Below are positions 17,362 through 26,590 of a stretch of 64,000 nt of DNA, piece after piece; within the stretch, counting starts at the first letter, position 1; every line of letters starts with the position of its first letter. The stretch lies in contig CAZOOZ010000004.1 in NCBI GenBank assembly GCA_964581565.1, positions 82,115 through 146,114 on the forward strand, read 5' to 3'. The notes under the pieces are model-generated. The model saw only the letters and a program-made list of their open reading frames with translations. It was not told the DNA's origin and searched no databases. This DNA is from an uncultured Eubacteriaceae bacterium (GTDB lineage Bacteria > Bacillota > Clostridia > Eubacteriales > UBA1433). The position numbers were made by a program, and so were the translations under genes.

Positions 17362-19551
17362 ATGAATAAAATAATTATTATTTCAAACAGATTACCCATC
17401 ACAGTGCAAAAAAATATTGAGAATAATATTGAATATATAGAAAGTATAGGTGGTTTATCTACCGGACTAAAAAATATTCATCACCAAGGCAACAGTATTT
17501 GGATCGGTTGGCCGGGTATATCAACAGATAAATTAACAGAAAATGAAAGAAATGATATAAATAGAACATTAATTAAAGATTATAAATGCCTTCCTGTTTT
17601 TTTGTCTGAAGATGAAGTAAATCTTTATTATCATGGTTTTTGTAATAAAACAATATGGCCATTGTTTCATTATTTTCAAGAAAAAACTGAATATGATTTT
17701 GAAACTTGGGAAACATATAAATCGGTAAATTTGAAATTTTTTAAAACAGTTGAATCGATAATCGAAAAAAACGATATTGTTTGGGTGCATGACTATCAGT
17801 TAATGTTGCTTCCTGAAATGATAAAAACAAAATATTACAGCACACAAGTTGGTTTCTTTTTACATATCCCCTTCCCTTCAGCTGAAATATTTAGATTGTT
17901 AATTTGGCGCAATGAAATTTTAACTGGAATTCTAGGTGCTGACTTAATCGGCTTTCATACTTATGACTATGTCCGGCATTTTTTGAGCAGTGCGAGAAGG
18001 TTGCTTGGATTGGAAGATAATTTAAATAAAATAGCATATGAAAATAGATATGTGCAAGTCAATGCTTTTCCTATGGGCATTGAATATAAACGTTTTTTTC
18101 AATACTGTGAAGTACATGATATTGTTGATAATGATGAGGATGATTTTGTAAATATAGGAAATATAAAAACAATACTCTCAGTCGACAGGCTCGACTATAC
18201 GAAAGGTATTCCGCAACGCATAAAATCATTTGGCAGATTTTTAAAAAATTATCCTGAATATCAAGGGAAGGTAATCTTAATTTTGATAGTTGCTCCATCA
18301 AGAGTGGAAGTTGACTCTTATAATCAATTATTACGACAAATCAAAGAGCAAATCAGTGAAATAAACGGAAGATACGGAACCATGAAATGGGTACCGATAT
18401 TATTTTTCTTTCGTTCTTTTAGTCAAGAAAAATTAATAGAATTTTACAGGCAGACAGATGTTTTACTTGTGACTCCGCTAAGAGACGGAATGAATTTAGT
18501 GGCAAAGGAATATATAGCTTCGAGAAATGACTATAAAGGAATGGTGGTAATCAGTGAAACTGCAGGTGCCGCTAGTGAATTGGGAGAAGCGATTATAGTC
18601 AATGCCAATGATTTTAATTCAACAGCCGAAGGAATCAAAATTGCGCTTGAAATGCCGGAAGAAGAGATTATCACAAGAAATAAAAGGATGCATGAGCGGT
18701 TAAAACGTTATAATGTTTACTTTTGGACTTCGGAATTTTTAAATTCTCTCAATCAAACTGTGATAGAATCAATCAATATAAGTACGCAAAAAAATGCAGA
18801 AGAAAATATTGAGATTATTAAAACTGAATATAAAAAAGCAAATAAAAGAGTTTTGTTTTTAGATTATGATGGCACTTTGGTAGGGCTTACATCAATACCT
18901 GAAAAGGCAAAACCTGATGAACAAATTAAAAATTTATTGACAAAATTAGCATCTGATCCACAAAATACTGTAGTAATCATTTCGGGCAGAGATCGCTATG
19001 TATTAACAAAATGGTTGGGGGATCTAAATTTATCTCTAATTGCATCTCATGGATTATGGCTGCGAACAGAAAAACAAGATGAATGGAGAATAATGATTGA
19101 TTTAGATAATGATTGGAAAAGCTCGGTGCGTACTATTTTAGAATTATATACAGACCGTATCCCTGGTTCATTTATTGAGGAAAAAGAATTTTCTTTAGCG
19201 TGGCATTACAGGCAGTGTGATCCGGATATTGTAGCATCAAAACTTAGTGAAATCAAAGATGCACTTCTATCTATGATTCAATCCAGCACTTTAGAGCTGA
19301 TAAATGGAAATAAAGTATTAGAGATAAACGATAGCAGATTTAACAAAGGATATGCGGCTTTGAATTTATTGCAAAATCAAGAGTGTGATTTTATATTTGC
19401 TGTTGGTGATGATGCCACAGATGAAGATTTATTTTCATTATTGCCAAAAAATGCGTACACTATTAAAATAGGAGCTGGTAGCACAAATGCGGGCTATAGA
19501 ATGAAGTCATGGCGCTCTCTAAGAAAAATGTTGGAGGAATTGACTGATTAA
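17362..19551 (+). CDS. otsA: fused trehalose-6-phosphate synthase (GT20) / trehalose-6-phosphate phosphatase
   Basis: The N-terminal ~470 aa carry GT20 motifs (ISNRLP, WVHDYQLMLLP, GFFLHIPFPS). The C-terminal ~240 aa carry HAD TPP motifs (LFLDYDGTL, GDDATDEDLF). Start set at ATG 17362, 7 nt after AGGAGG; the track start is 17344. Confidence 0.9.
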   Translation: MNKIIIISNRLPITVQKNIENNIEYIESIGGLSTGLKNIHHQGNSIWIGWPGISTDKLTENERNDINRTLIKDYKCLPVFLSEDEVNLYYHGFCNKTIWPLFHYFQEKTEYDFETWETYKSVNLKFFKTVESIIEKNDIVWVHDYQLMLLPEMIKTKYYSTQVGFFLHIPFPSAEIFRLLIWRNEILTGILGADLIGFHTYDYVRHFLSSARRLLGLEDNLNKIAYENRYVQVNAFPMGIEYKRFFQYCEVHDIVDNDEDDFVNIGNIKTILSVDRLDYTKGIPQRIKSFGRFLKNYPEYQGKVILILIVAPSRVEVDSYNQLLRQIKEQISEINGRYGTMKWVPILFFFRSFSQEKLIEFYRQTDVLLVTPLRDGMNLVAKEYIASRNDYKGMVVISETAGAASELGEAIIVNANDFNSTAEGIKIALEMPEEEIITRNKRMHERLKRYNVYFWTSEFLNSLNQTVIESINISTQKNAEENIEIIKTEYKKANKRVLFLDYDGTLVGLTSIPEKAKPDEQIKNLLTKLASDPQNTVVIISGRDRYVLTKWLGDLNLSLIASHGLWLRTEKQDEWRIMIDLDNDWKSSVRTILELYTDRIPGSFIEEKEFSLAWHYRQCDPDIVASKLSEIKDALLSMIQSSTLELINGNKVLEINDSRFNKGYAALNLLQNQECDFIFAVGDDATDEDLFSLLPKNAYTIKIGAGSTNAGYRMKSWRSLRKMLEELTD

Positions 19552-19597
19552 ACTATATCATTACCTGTATATCAGGCAGAAAGGAGATTTAGTTTGT

Positions 19598-21877
19598 ATG
19601 AAAGATGACATCTATGAAGTTACCGATCTAAATTTAAGTACATATCATCTTAAGTTAAATGAAGCATTGTTTCATAATGCAAACGGGTATATTGGAATCA
19701 GATATGATTTTGAAGAAGGTTACGGAGATAAAATGAAATATATCCCGAGCCAGTATATCAATGGATTTTATGATTTTACAGAGATGAAACAGGCAGAAAA
19801 TTTATATGGCTTAATAAGAGAAAAACATGTCATGGTAAATATAGCAAATACTCAATTTATAAAATTATATGTTGATGATGAAGAATTTAGCATGTTTACC
19901 GGTACAATATTGCAAAGTAAATTATCCTTAAATATGGACAAAGGAATAACAATAAGAGATGTGATTTGGCGTTCTCCTAAAGGCAAAGAAGTGCATATTG
20001 CCATAAAACGCATGGCATCTTTTCATCAGTTATCGCTTTTTACGATTGACTATGAAATAGAATTATTAAATTTTTCAGGGAAAGTAGTTTTTGACTCCTT
20101 GCATGATGGCAATGTAATGAATTATGCACAACCATTTGATCCTCGTATTGCGGATGACTTTGAAAGTTATATTTACCCCGTAAATTGTGAAATTAAAAAT
20201 GAAGGATCATGTATCACTTCTGTGACATCAAAATCTAATTTAAATGTATGCAGCTATGTAAAAAATATATTTTTTAAAGAGCATCAAAATGAATTTAAAA
20301 TTAATAATAATCAAACTTTAAATCGAATAAAAGCATATGCCGATAAAGGTGAAAAGATTAGATTAATTAAGTATGCCGTATTTTCAGATTCTATTCGTTA
20401 TAAAAATTGTAAAGAACAATGTTATAAGGAGATGAAAAATGCACTTGCTTTGCCTATAGAAGACTTATATAAAAAGCAGGAAATGTATATTGCAAATTTT
20501 TGGGAAAATTGTTTAATCGAAATTGATGGCGATGATGAGTTGGATATGGCGTTGAATTTTAATTTATATCAACTTTTGCAATCTGTGAGCAAAGATCAAT
20601 TCGGTAATATTTCTCCCAAAGGACTCAGCGGAGATGGATACGACGGACATTATTTTTGGGATTCTGAAATGTATGTACAACCATTTTTTACAATTACAAA
20701 TCCGAAAATGACAAAAAAGCTGATTGAATATCGTTATGCTATATTAGATAAAGCAAGAGAAAACGCAAGGTTGCTCGGTCATAAAAATGGAGCGCTTTAT
20801 CCATGGAGAACAATAATGGGGAAAGAATGTTCCGGATATTTTCCGGCAGGATCTGCGCAGTATCATATAAACGGAGACATAGCATATTCAATTATTGCCT
20901 ATTATCTAGCGACGAAAGATGAAGAGTTATTATTAAAACAAGGAATGGAAATTATTTTTGAAACAGCAAGGATATGGCTTGATACAGGAAATTTTCATGA
21001 TGAAAAATTTCATATTAATACGGTGACAGGCCCGGACGAGTATACTTGCCTGGTGAACAATAATTATTACACAAATGTCTTGGCGCAATATCATTTAAAT
21101 TGGGCTGTGAAATTTTATTATCTCTTTAAAGATAATGAAAGCTTTGCGGAATTAACAAAAAAAATAAATCTATACGAAGATGAAATTAAAACATATAAGA
21201 TTGCTGCAAATGCAATGTATTTACCTTATGACGAAACATTAAAAATCAATCCACAGGATGATTCGTTTCTGCAAAAGGAAAAATGGGATATTGCCAGTAT
21301 TCCAAAAGAATTCTTTCCCTTGCTTCTTCACTATCATCCCCTTCATATTTACAGATATCAGATATGTAAGCAAGCCGATACGGTTATGGCACATTTCATC
21401 ATTGAAGATGCACAATCTGAAGAAACAATGAAAAATTCGCTTTTATATTACGAAAAAATAACAACACATGATTCTTCTTTATCAAAGCCGATTTTTAGCA
21501 TTATGGCTGCGAGACTTGGCATGGAAAAGAAAGCATATAAGTATTTCGGAGATTCGGCAAAATTAGATTTAATGGACTTAAATAAAAATACTGAAGACGG
21601 AGTGCATATAGCTAATATGGCTGGAAGTTATTTGATGATCGTCTATGGCTTTGCTGGATTTAGATTAAAAGAAAGCGGAATATCATTTTGGCCAATGATA
21701 CCAGATGAATGGAATTCATATTCTTTTAGAATAGTATATGAAAACAGTAGAATTAAGGTAAGTATTCATAAAGAAGAATGCTTATTCTATCTCGAAAAAG
21801 GAAAAAGGAAAAAGATAAAAGTTTATGGCAAAGAATATCTATTAAAAGATCATTTAATTGTTGAAAAATCAAATTAA
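19598..21877 (+). CDS. GH65 glycoside phosphorylase (trehalose/kojibiose/maltose phosphorylase family)
   Basis: 759 aa with GLSGDGYDGHYFWDSEMY, the GH65 catalytic-domain signature region. The trehalose substrate is inferred from context only. Confidence 0.85.
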   Translation: MKDDIYEVTDLNLSTYHLKLNEALFHNANGYIGIRYDFEEGYGDKMKYIPSQYINGFYDFTEMKQAENLYGLIREKHVMVNIANTQFIKLYVDDEEFSMFTGTILQSKLSLNMDKGITIRDVIWRSPKGKEVHIAIKRMASFHQLSLFTIDYEIELLNFSGKVVFDSLHDGNVMNYAQPFDPRIADDFESYIYPVNCEIKNEGSCITSVTSKSNLNVCSYVKNIFFKEHQNEFKINNNQTLNRIKAYADKGEKIRLIKYAVFSDSIRYKNCKEQCYKEMKNALALPIEDLYKKQEMYIANFWENCLIEIDGDDELDMALNFNLYQLLQSVSKDQFGNISPKGLSGDGYDGHYFWDSEMYVQPFFTITNPKMTKKLIEYRYAILDKARENARLLGHKNGALYPWRTIMGKECSGYFPAGSAQYHINGDIAYSIIAYYLATKDEELLLKQGMEIIFETARIWLDTGNFHDEKFHINTVTGPDEYTCLVNNNYYTNVLAQYHLNWAVKFYYLFKDNESFAELTKKINLYEDEIKTYKIAANAMYLPYDETLKINPQDDSFLQKEKWDIASIPKEFFPLLLHYHPLHIYRYQICKQADTVMAHFIIEDAQSEETMKNSLLYYEKITTHDSSLSKPIFSIMAARLGMEKKAYKYFGDSAKLDLMDLNKNTEDGVHIANMAGSYLMIVYGFAGFRLKESGISFWPMIPDEWNSYSFRIVYENSRIKVSIHKEECLFYLEKGKRKKIKVYGKEYLLKDHLIVEKSN

Positions 21878-21908
21878 CGTTAATAATGATAAAACAATGA
21901 GGGAAATT

Positions 21909-22544
21909 ATGAAGTATAAAGCAATTGTTTTTGATCTTGACGGAGTATTATGCAATACTGATAAATATCATTATTTAGCTTGGAAACAGCTCACTGATGA
22001 ATTAGGCATCAATTTTGATGAACAGATAAATAATCGACTCCGGGGAATCGGTCGTATGGATAGTTTAAATATTATTTTAGAATCTTATGAAGAGGCATTT
22101 TCTAACGAAGAAAAAGTGGCTTTAACGGAAAAAAAGAATACATATTATAAGAAATATCTTGAAGATTTATCCGAAAAGGATCTTTTACCGGAAATAAAAG
22201 ATACACTTGATAAACTTAGAGCAAAAAAATTAAAATTGGCTATAGGTTCTTCAAGCAAAAATACAAAGCTCATATTAAAACAATTGGGATTAGGAAATTA
22301 TTTCGATGCTATATCTGACGGAACCAATATTCATAAATCAAAACCCGATCCTGAGGTTTATTTAAAAGCGAGTATATTTTTAAATATCCAACCTCAAGAT
22401 TGCCTGGTTGTTGAAGATGCTCTCTCTGGTATTCAAGCCGCAACAGCGGCTGGGATGGATTGTGCGGCTATCGGCGATGGAGTCAGATACAATCTTGCGC
22501 GTTATAGTTTAAATACATTTTCAGAACTATTAAATATAGTTTAG
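21909..22544 (+). CDS. pgmB: beta-phosphoglucomutase
   Basis: MKYKAIVFDLDGVL HAD motif I, GSSSKN, and EDALSGIQAA. Follows a GH65 gene. Start moved to ATG 21909, after GAGGGA. Confidence 0.88.
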   Translation: MKYKAIVFDLDGVLCNTDKYHYLAWKQLTDELGINFDEQINNRLRGIGRMDSLNIILESYEEAFSNEEKVALTEKKNTYYKKYLEDLSEKDLLPEIKDTLDKLRAKKLKLAIGSSSKNTKLILKQLGLGNYFDAISDGTNIHKSKPDPEVYLKASIFLNIQPQDCLVVEDALSGIQAATAAGMDCAAIGDGVRYNLARYSLNTFSELLNIV

Positions 22545-22570
22545 TTTTCATATATATTCGTGGAGGAAAT

Positions 22571-23584
22571 GTGATGATTATAGCTGCTGATATTGGTGGG
22601 ACAAAGTCTGCCCTCGCCTATTTATATAATAAAAATGATAAAATATATATATTAAGACAAAAAAAATATTTAAATAAATATTTTAATTCATTTGAAGAAG
22701 TATTGGAAACTTTCTTCAGCGAACATCCAGAAATAAAACAGATAAAGTATGCATGCTTTGCCGCCGCGGGGCCAATTATGGATGATAAGTGCTATATGGT
22801 CAATTTAGGCTGGACAGTCGATAAGAAAAAAATTATAGAAAAATTTCCAAGTATTCAAAACATAGTATTGTGTAATGATCTTGAAGCAGTTGGTTTTGGA
22901 TTAAAAATCTTATCAGATAAAGAAATTATTAATCTTACTCCGCAACTGCATAATAATCATTTTGAAGATGAAAAGAGATATGCGATTATAGCGCCGGGGA
23001 CTGGTCTCGGAGAAGCGCTTATAATAAATGATAAAGTATATCCTTCAGAAGGGTCTCACTGTAATTTCGGACCTAATTCTAAAAAGCAAATGCAGTTGTG
23101 GGAATTTCTTTTTAAAAAATTCGGGCATGTCAGTTATGAAAGAATTTTATCCGGCCCTGGTTTGCGTGAGGTGTTTCTTTTCTTAATAAGCGAAAAGAAA
23201 ATCGATAATGCAGAATTTGAAATAATTCCGGAAGAAATTACGAAAAGAGCACTTGCAGGCACCTGTGAAATATGTAAAGAAACAATCGATTTATTTGCGG
23301 AAGTATTAGGATCCGAAGCAGGAAATGCAGCTTTAAGAATACTTGCTGTGGATGGGATATATTTAGGTGGTGGAATTTTACCTAAAATTTTACCTTTAAT
23401 ACAAGAACAAAAATTTTTAGATGCATTTTATAAAAAAGGAAGATTTACCGATTTAATAAAAAAAATTCCTGTATTTATTATTATGAACAGTAACGCCGCA
23501 CTTTATGGAGCTGCTTTAGTTGCTTTTAATAAACTATATCCAATGATACAGTTTGATGCAATTGAAGATGATGTAGTGAATTAA
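22571..23584 (+). CDS. glk: glucokinase (Glk family)
   Basis: IAADIGGTKSALA N-terminus and GGGI near the C-terminus; 337 aa. A GGAGG SD lies upstream; the start is GTG 22571 or ATG 22574. Confidence 0.8.
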   Translation: MMIIAADIGGTKSALAYLYNKNDKIYILRQKKYLNKYFNSFEEVLETFFSEHPEIKQIKYACFAAAGPIMDDKCYMVNLGWTVDKKKIIEKFPSIQNIVLCNDLEAVGFGLKILSDKEIINLTPQLHNNHFEDEKRYAIIAPGTGLGEALIINDKVYPSEGSHCNFGPNSKKQMQLWEFLFKKFGHVSYERILSGPGLREVFLFLISEKKIDNAEFEIIPEEITKRALAGTCEICKETIDLFAEVLGSEAGNAALRILAVDGIYLGGGILPKILPLIQEQKFLDAFYKKGRFTDLIKKIPVFIIMNSNAALYGAALVAFNKLYPMIQFDAIEDDVVN

Positions 23585-23603
23585 TTAAAATGCAATTATT
23601 TAT

Positions 23604-24048
23604 AAACAGATAAGCAGACCTGCAATCTCATATAAGAAGAGGTCTGCTTAACTTTTGAAGATGTACCGCAATGGTGTACTTCCTCCTTTTTCTCTCCTAT
23701 CCCACTCATCTATAAAACTCATATTCTATAATTAAGAAATAAAGTATTCATGATCAATGGGAAGGTACATATTTGAAAATTACAGTTTGGCAACCATTGC
23801 AAGCCGCTTATAATCTTCTCAACCAAATACGTTATAGCTGTTTTCATTTATATCTTTTCTTTATATGATCCATCCTATGCTTTTGATAAACGATATACAG
23901 TAAAATTACTGTTTTTTCGTTTTCTCTAAACCCTTAGGCTCAACATACTTTGAAACATATATTGAATCAATACTGAAAATGCATATCCGTACAGGTGCGT
24001 AACCTTATCGGAGGTTCCAGATAATTCGGTAAACCTTTTCATCTGGTG
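23604..24048 (-). ncRNA. candidate ~445-nt structured non-coding RNA of unassigned family (copy 2)
   Basis: Same promoter, body and terminator as copy 1. Here it is convergent with glk. Confidence 0.55.
23611..23650. terminator. hairpin shared by the copy-2 RNA (minus strand) and probably glk (plus strand)
   Basis: 10-bp stem TAAGCAGACC/GGTCTGCTTA located 27 nt after the glk stop. It is followed by AACTTTT on the plus strand and ATCTGTTT on the minus strand. Confidence 0.5.
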
Positions 24049-24054
24049 GGTTTC

Positions 24055-24083
24055 ATTGTATACGATATCACTTTCTTTGTCAA
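24055..24083 (-). promoter_or_regulatory. near-consensus sigma-A promoter of the repeat-encoded RNA (copy 2)
   Basis: TTGACA (24083-24078), 17 nt, TACAAT (24060-24055) on the minus strand. Confidence 0.7.
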
Positions 24084-24240
24084 TACTTTTTTGGAAATTT
24101 TTAATATTTATTAAATTATCATATAGTATTCACATAAATACCATCTGCATATCAATTTCAGTAAGTATTATCTTCTTATTAAATCGGCATTTGCATGTTT
24201 TCAATTTATGAACTAAATAATATTTCAAAGGCAAAATGAG

Positions 24241-25170
24241 ATGAACAATCATTCGGAGCCAATTATTATTTTATATAATTTAAATTTACAAAACATATTA
24301 TCTATTAAAAAGATAAAAGAATCTGGATTGCATAATATCAGCGTAAAATATGATGAAAAAAATGACGTCATTGATATTATTGACGACAACAGAAAATCAC
24401 AAAAATATGCTTGCATATCTTGCGACATAAAATATAGCAGAATAATTAATGAAATAATCGCCGGAATAGATTATGCGAATAAAAACTATTCTAATTGTTC
24501 TGGCTATATAGTCATTGATGCTCAATATGGAGGATTGAGTATCAATAAAATACAAAAAAATGTAAATAGATTAAAATGCAATTTTAAAAATCATAAATTA
24601 TTGTTTTTAAATTTTGTTTCAAATTTTATATTTTTTTCATTTTGTCATGTTAAATTTGGATATTTTAATAGGTATTTGCATTTAATAGCAATACCAAGAA
24701 ACGTATCAAAAGCATCTTTGTCGATGTTGGATAAGTCATATAGAACCTTCATTTATAATATCTTTTTTAAATTATATTATAATATATATAAATATAGCCT
24801 GTCTTCCTTCATGTGTGCAATTGTGGATTTATCATTATTTTATTTTTTAAATATGTTGTTTGGTTCTACAGCAAACGGAATTTTAGCTTCAACCGTACTT
24901 GCAAGATTAACTTCAGGAAGCACCAATTTTGCTCTAAATAAATATTGGGTATTTAAAAGTAAAAATTATATTAATAAAGAATTATATAAATATATTGGAT
25001 TATTTTGTTTTCAAATGATTTCAAGTTGGATATTTGTAACATTACTCGGCAATTTCTCGATACCACTTTTATTTACGAAAATATTTGTAGACATGATGCT
25101 ATTTATTATGAGTTACTTCATACAGAAAAAATATATTTTTAACGACAAAAAGGAAATAGAGCATTTATGA
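24241..25170 (+). CDS. membrane protein with a C-terminal GtrA-like domain and an uncharacterised N-terminal domain
   Basis: The C-terminal 130 aa have 4 TM segments and LTSGSTNFALNKYWVFKS, the GtrA signature region. The N-terminal ~170 aa have no motif I recognise. Confidence 0.6.
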   Translation: MNNHSEPIIILYNLNLQNILSIKKIKESGLHNISVKYDEKNDVIDIIDDNRKSQKYACISCDIKYSRIINEIIAGIDYANKNYSNCSGYIVIDAQYGGLSINKIQKNVNRLKCNFKNHKLLFLNFVSNFIFFSFCHVKFGYFNRYLHLIAIPRNVSKASLSMLDKSYRTFIYNIFFKLYYNIYKYSLSSFMCAIVDLSLFYFLNMLFGSTANGILASTVLARLTSGSTNFALNKYWVFKSKNYINKELYKYIGLFCFQMISSWIFVTLLGNFSIPLLFTKIFVDMMLFIMSYFIQKKYIFNDKKEIEHL

Positions 25171-26087
25171 GAAGATTAAAACACTTTTTTGCAAAACCAT
25201 ATAGATGGGCTATCATATATTCTTTTGTGTTAGTTAGTTTTTTTGTATTTGCACTGATTGATACATTTATAATTCCAAAATTAATGATTGTAGAAGAAAG
25301 CAAAGAAAATTCATTGCCGGAAACCGCTCTTCAAGATTCAAGTGAAGCTATCATTACAGATTTATCGTATAAAGACAAAAATATAGAAATTACAATACAA
25401 ACAATAAGAGAATACGAGACGACAATTTACATAGCTGATATTCAGCTGTTTGATGCATCTTATTTAAAAACAGCATTCGCTGAAAACGCATTCGGACGCA
25501 ATATCAAGGAAAAAACTTCTGGTATTGCTAAAAAAAACAATGTAATTTTTGCTGTAAACGGTGATTACTATGGATTTAGAGATAAAGGATATGTACTGCG
25601 TAATGGCGTGCTTTATCGCTCTGTTTCAAGAGATAATGAAAATGTTGATGACTTGGTTATAAATAATTCAGGAAATTTATATATTATTCAAGAGAATGAA
25701 GTCAGTATAGAATCATTAAACATAGATAACATTAGTCAAATATTTTCATTTGGACCGGCTTTAGTAGAAAATGGGCAGATTATTGTCAGCAGCGCCAGTG
25801 AGGTGGATCAATCCAAAAACAGCAATCCCCGCACTGCCATTGGGCAAATATCGCCTCTTCATTATATTATTATTGTTTCTGATGGACGTACTGATGAGAG
25901 TGAAGGTCTTTCATTATTACAGCTTGCACAGGTATTTTTGGATCAAGGCTGCAGTGTTGCTTATAACTTAGACGGTGGCGGTTCATCCACAATGTATTTT
26001 AACGGAACAATTATTAATAATCCTACAGATGGCAGAAATGATGGAGAAAGAGAGATAAGTGACATTATATATATTGGATATGAATAA
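25167..26087 (+). CDS. phosphodiester glycosidase family protein (DUF2233/NAGPA-like)
   Basis: N-terminal TM anchor, AVNGDYYGFR, RTAIGQ, and NLDGGGSSTMYF motifs. Confidence 0.8.
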   Translation: MRRLKHFFAKPYRWAIIYSFVLVSFFVFALIDTFIIPKLMIVEESKENSLPETALQDSSEAIITDLSYKDKNIEITIQTIREYETTIYIADIQLFDASYLKTAFAENAFGRNIKEKTSGIAKKNNVIFAVNGDYYGFRDKGYVLRNGVLYRSVSRDNENVDDLVINNSGNLYIIQENEVSIESLNIDNISQIFSFGPALVENGQIIVSSASEVDQSKNSNPRTAIGQISPLHYIIIVSDGRTDESEGLSLLQLAQVFLDQGCSVAYNLDGGGSSTMYFNGTIINNPTDGRNDGEREISDIIYIGYE

Positions 26088-26481
26088 AAATAAACAGCTT
26101 TTTAAAACATCTGCAGTCTATTTTGTCTTATCTATAACGGCAATCCTTGTAAATAATGTTTATGCCATTTTTGGTCATGGAATGCGCTCGGCGGCTATGA
26201 CCTGGATGTTTTTATATTTATTAATAGGGGGAACACTTTTCTATTTGTCAATTAGGTTTTTCTTTGTAAAAATTACAAAGCATAAGAGTTACAGAGTTTT
26301 TTTCAATCTTTATAATTCAGGAATTGCTGCTCTTACAGCGGGTAGCTTATTTAAAGGCATCATCGAAATTGCCGGCTCAAGTTGTGTGCATACGAAAATA
26401 TTTTTTATAGTTGGTTTGGTGTGTATTTTATTTTCCAGTATTATTTTGATATTGATGATATTTGAAAGCAAATGGACGTAA
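26059..26481 (+). CDS. small hypothetical integral membrane protein
   Basis: 140 aa (or about 133 aa from ATG 26080) with 4 hydrophobic helices. Overlaps the upstream gene, so it is probably co-transcribed. Confidence 0.5.
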   Translation: MTLYILDMNKNKQLFKTSAVYFVLSITAILVNNVYAIFGHGMRSAAMTWMFLYLLIGGTLFYLSIRFFFVKITKHKSYRVFFNLYNSGIAALTAGSLFKGIIEIAGSSCVHTKIFFIVGLVCILFSSIILILMIFESKWT

Positions 26482-26590
26482 TACATATTATTGGTAATTT
26501 TTTTAATAAAATTAAAACAGTATGCATATACTATGTTTGCTGAAGTGTTTTTTTATACTCTATATTAATATATAAACAGTAGAGGAAAAT

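Larger units (their letters stand above)
23604..24102. repeat. 499-bp repeat, copy 2 (identical to 15030-15528)
   Basis: 499/499 identity at offset 8574; direct orientation. Confidence 0.97.
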
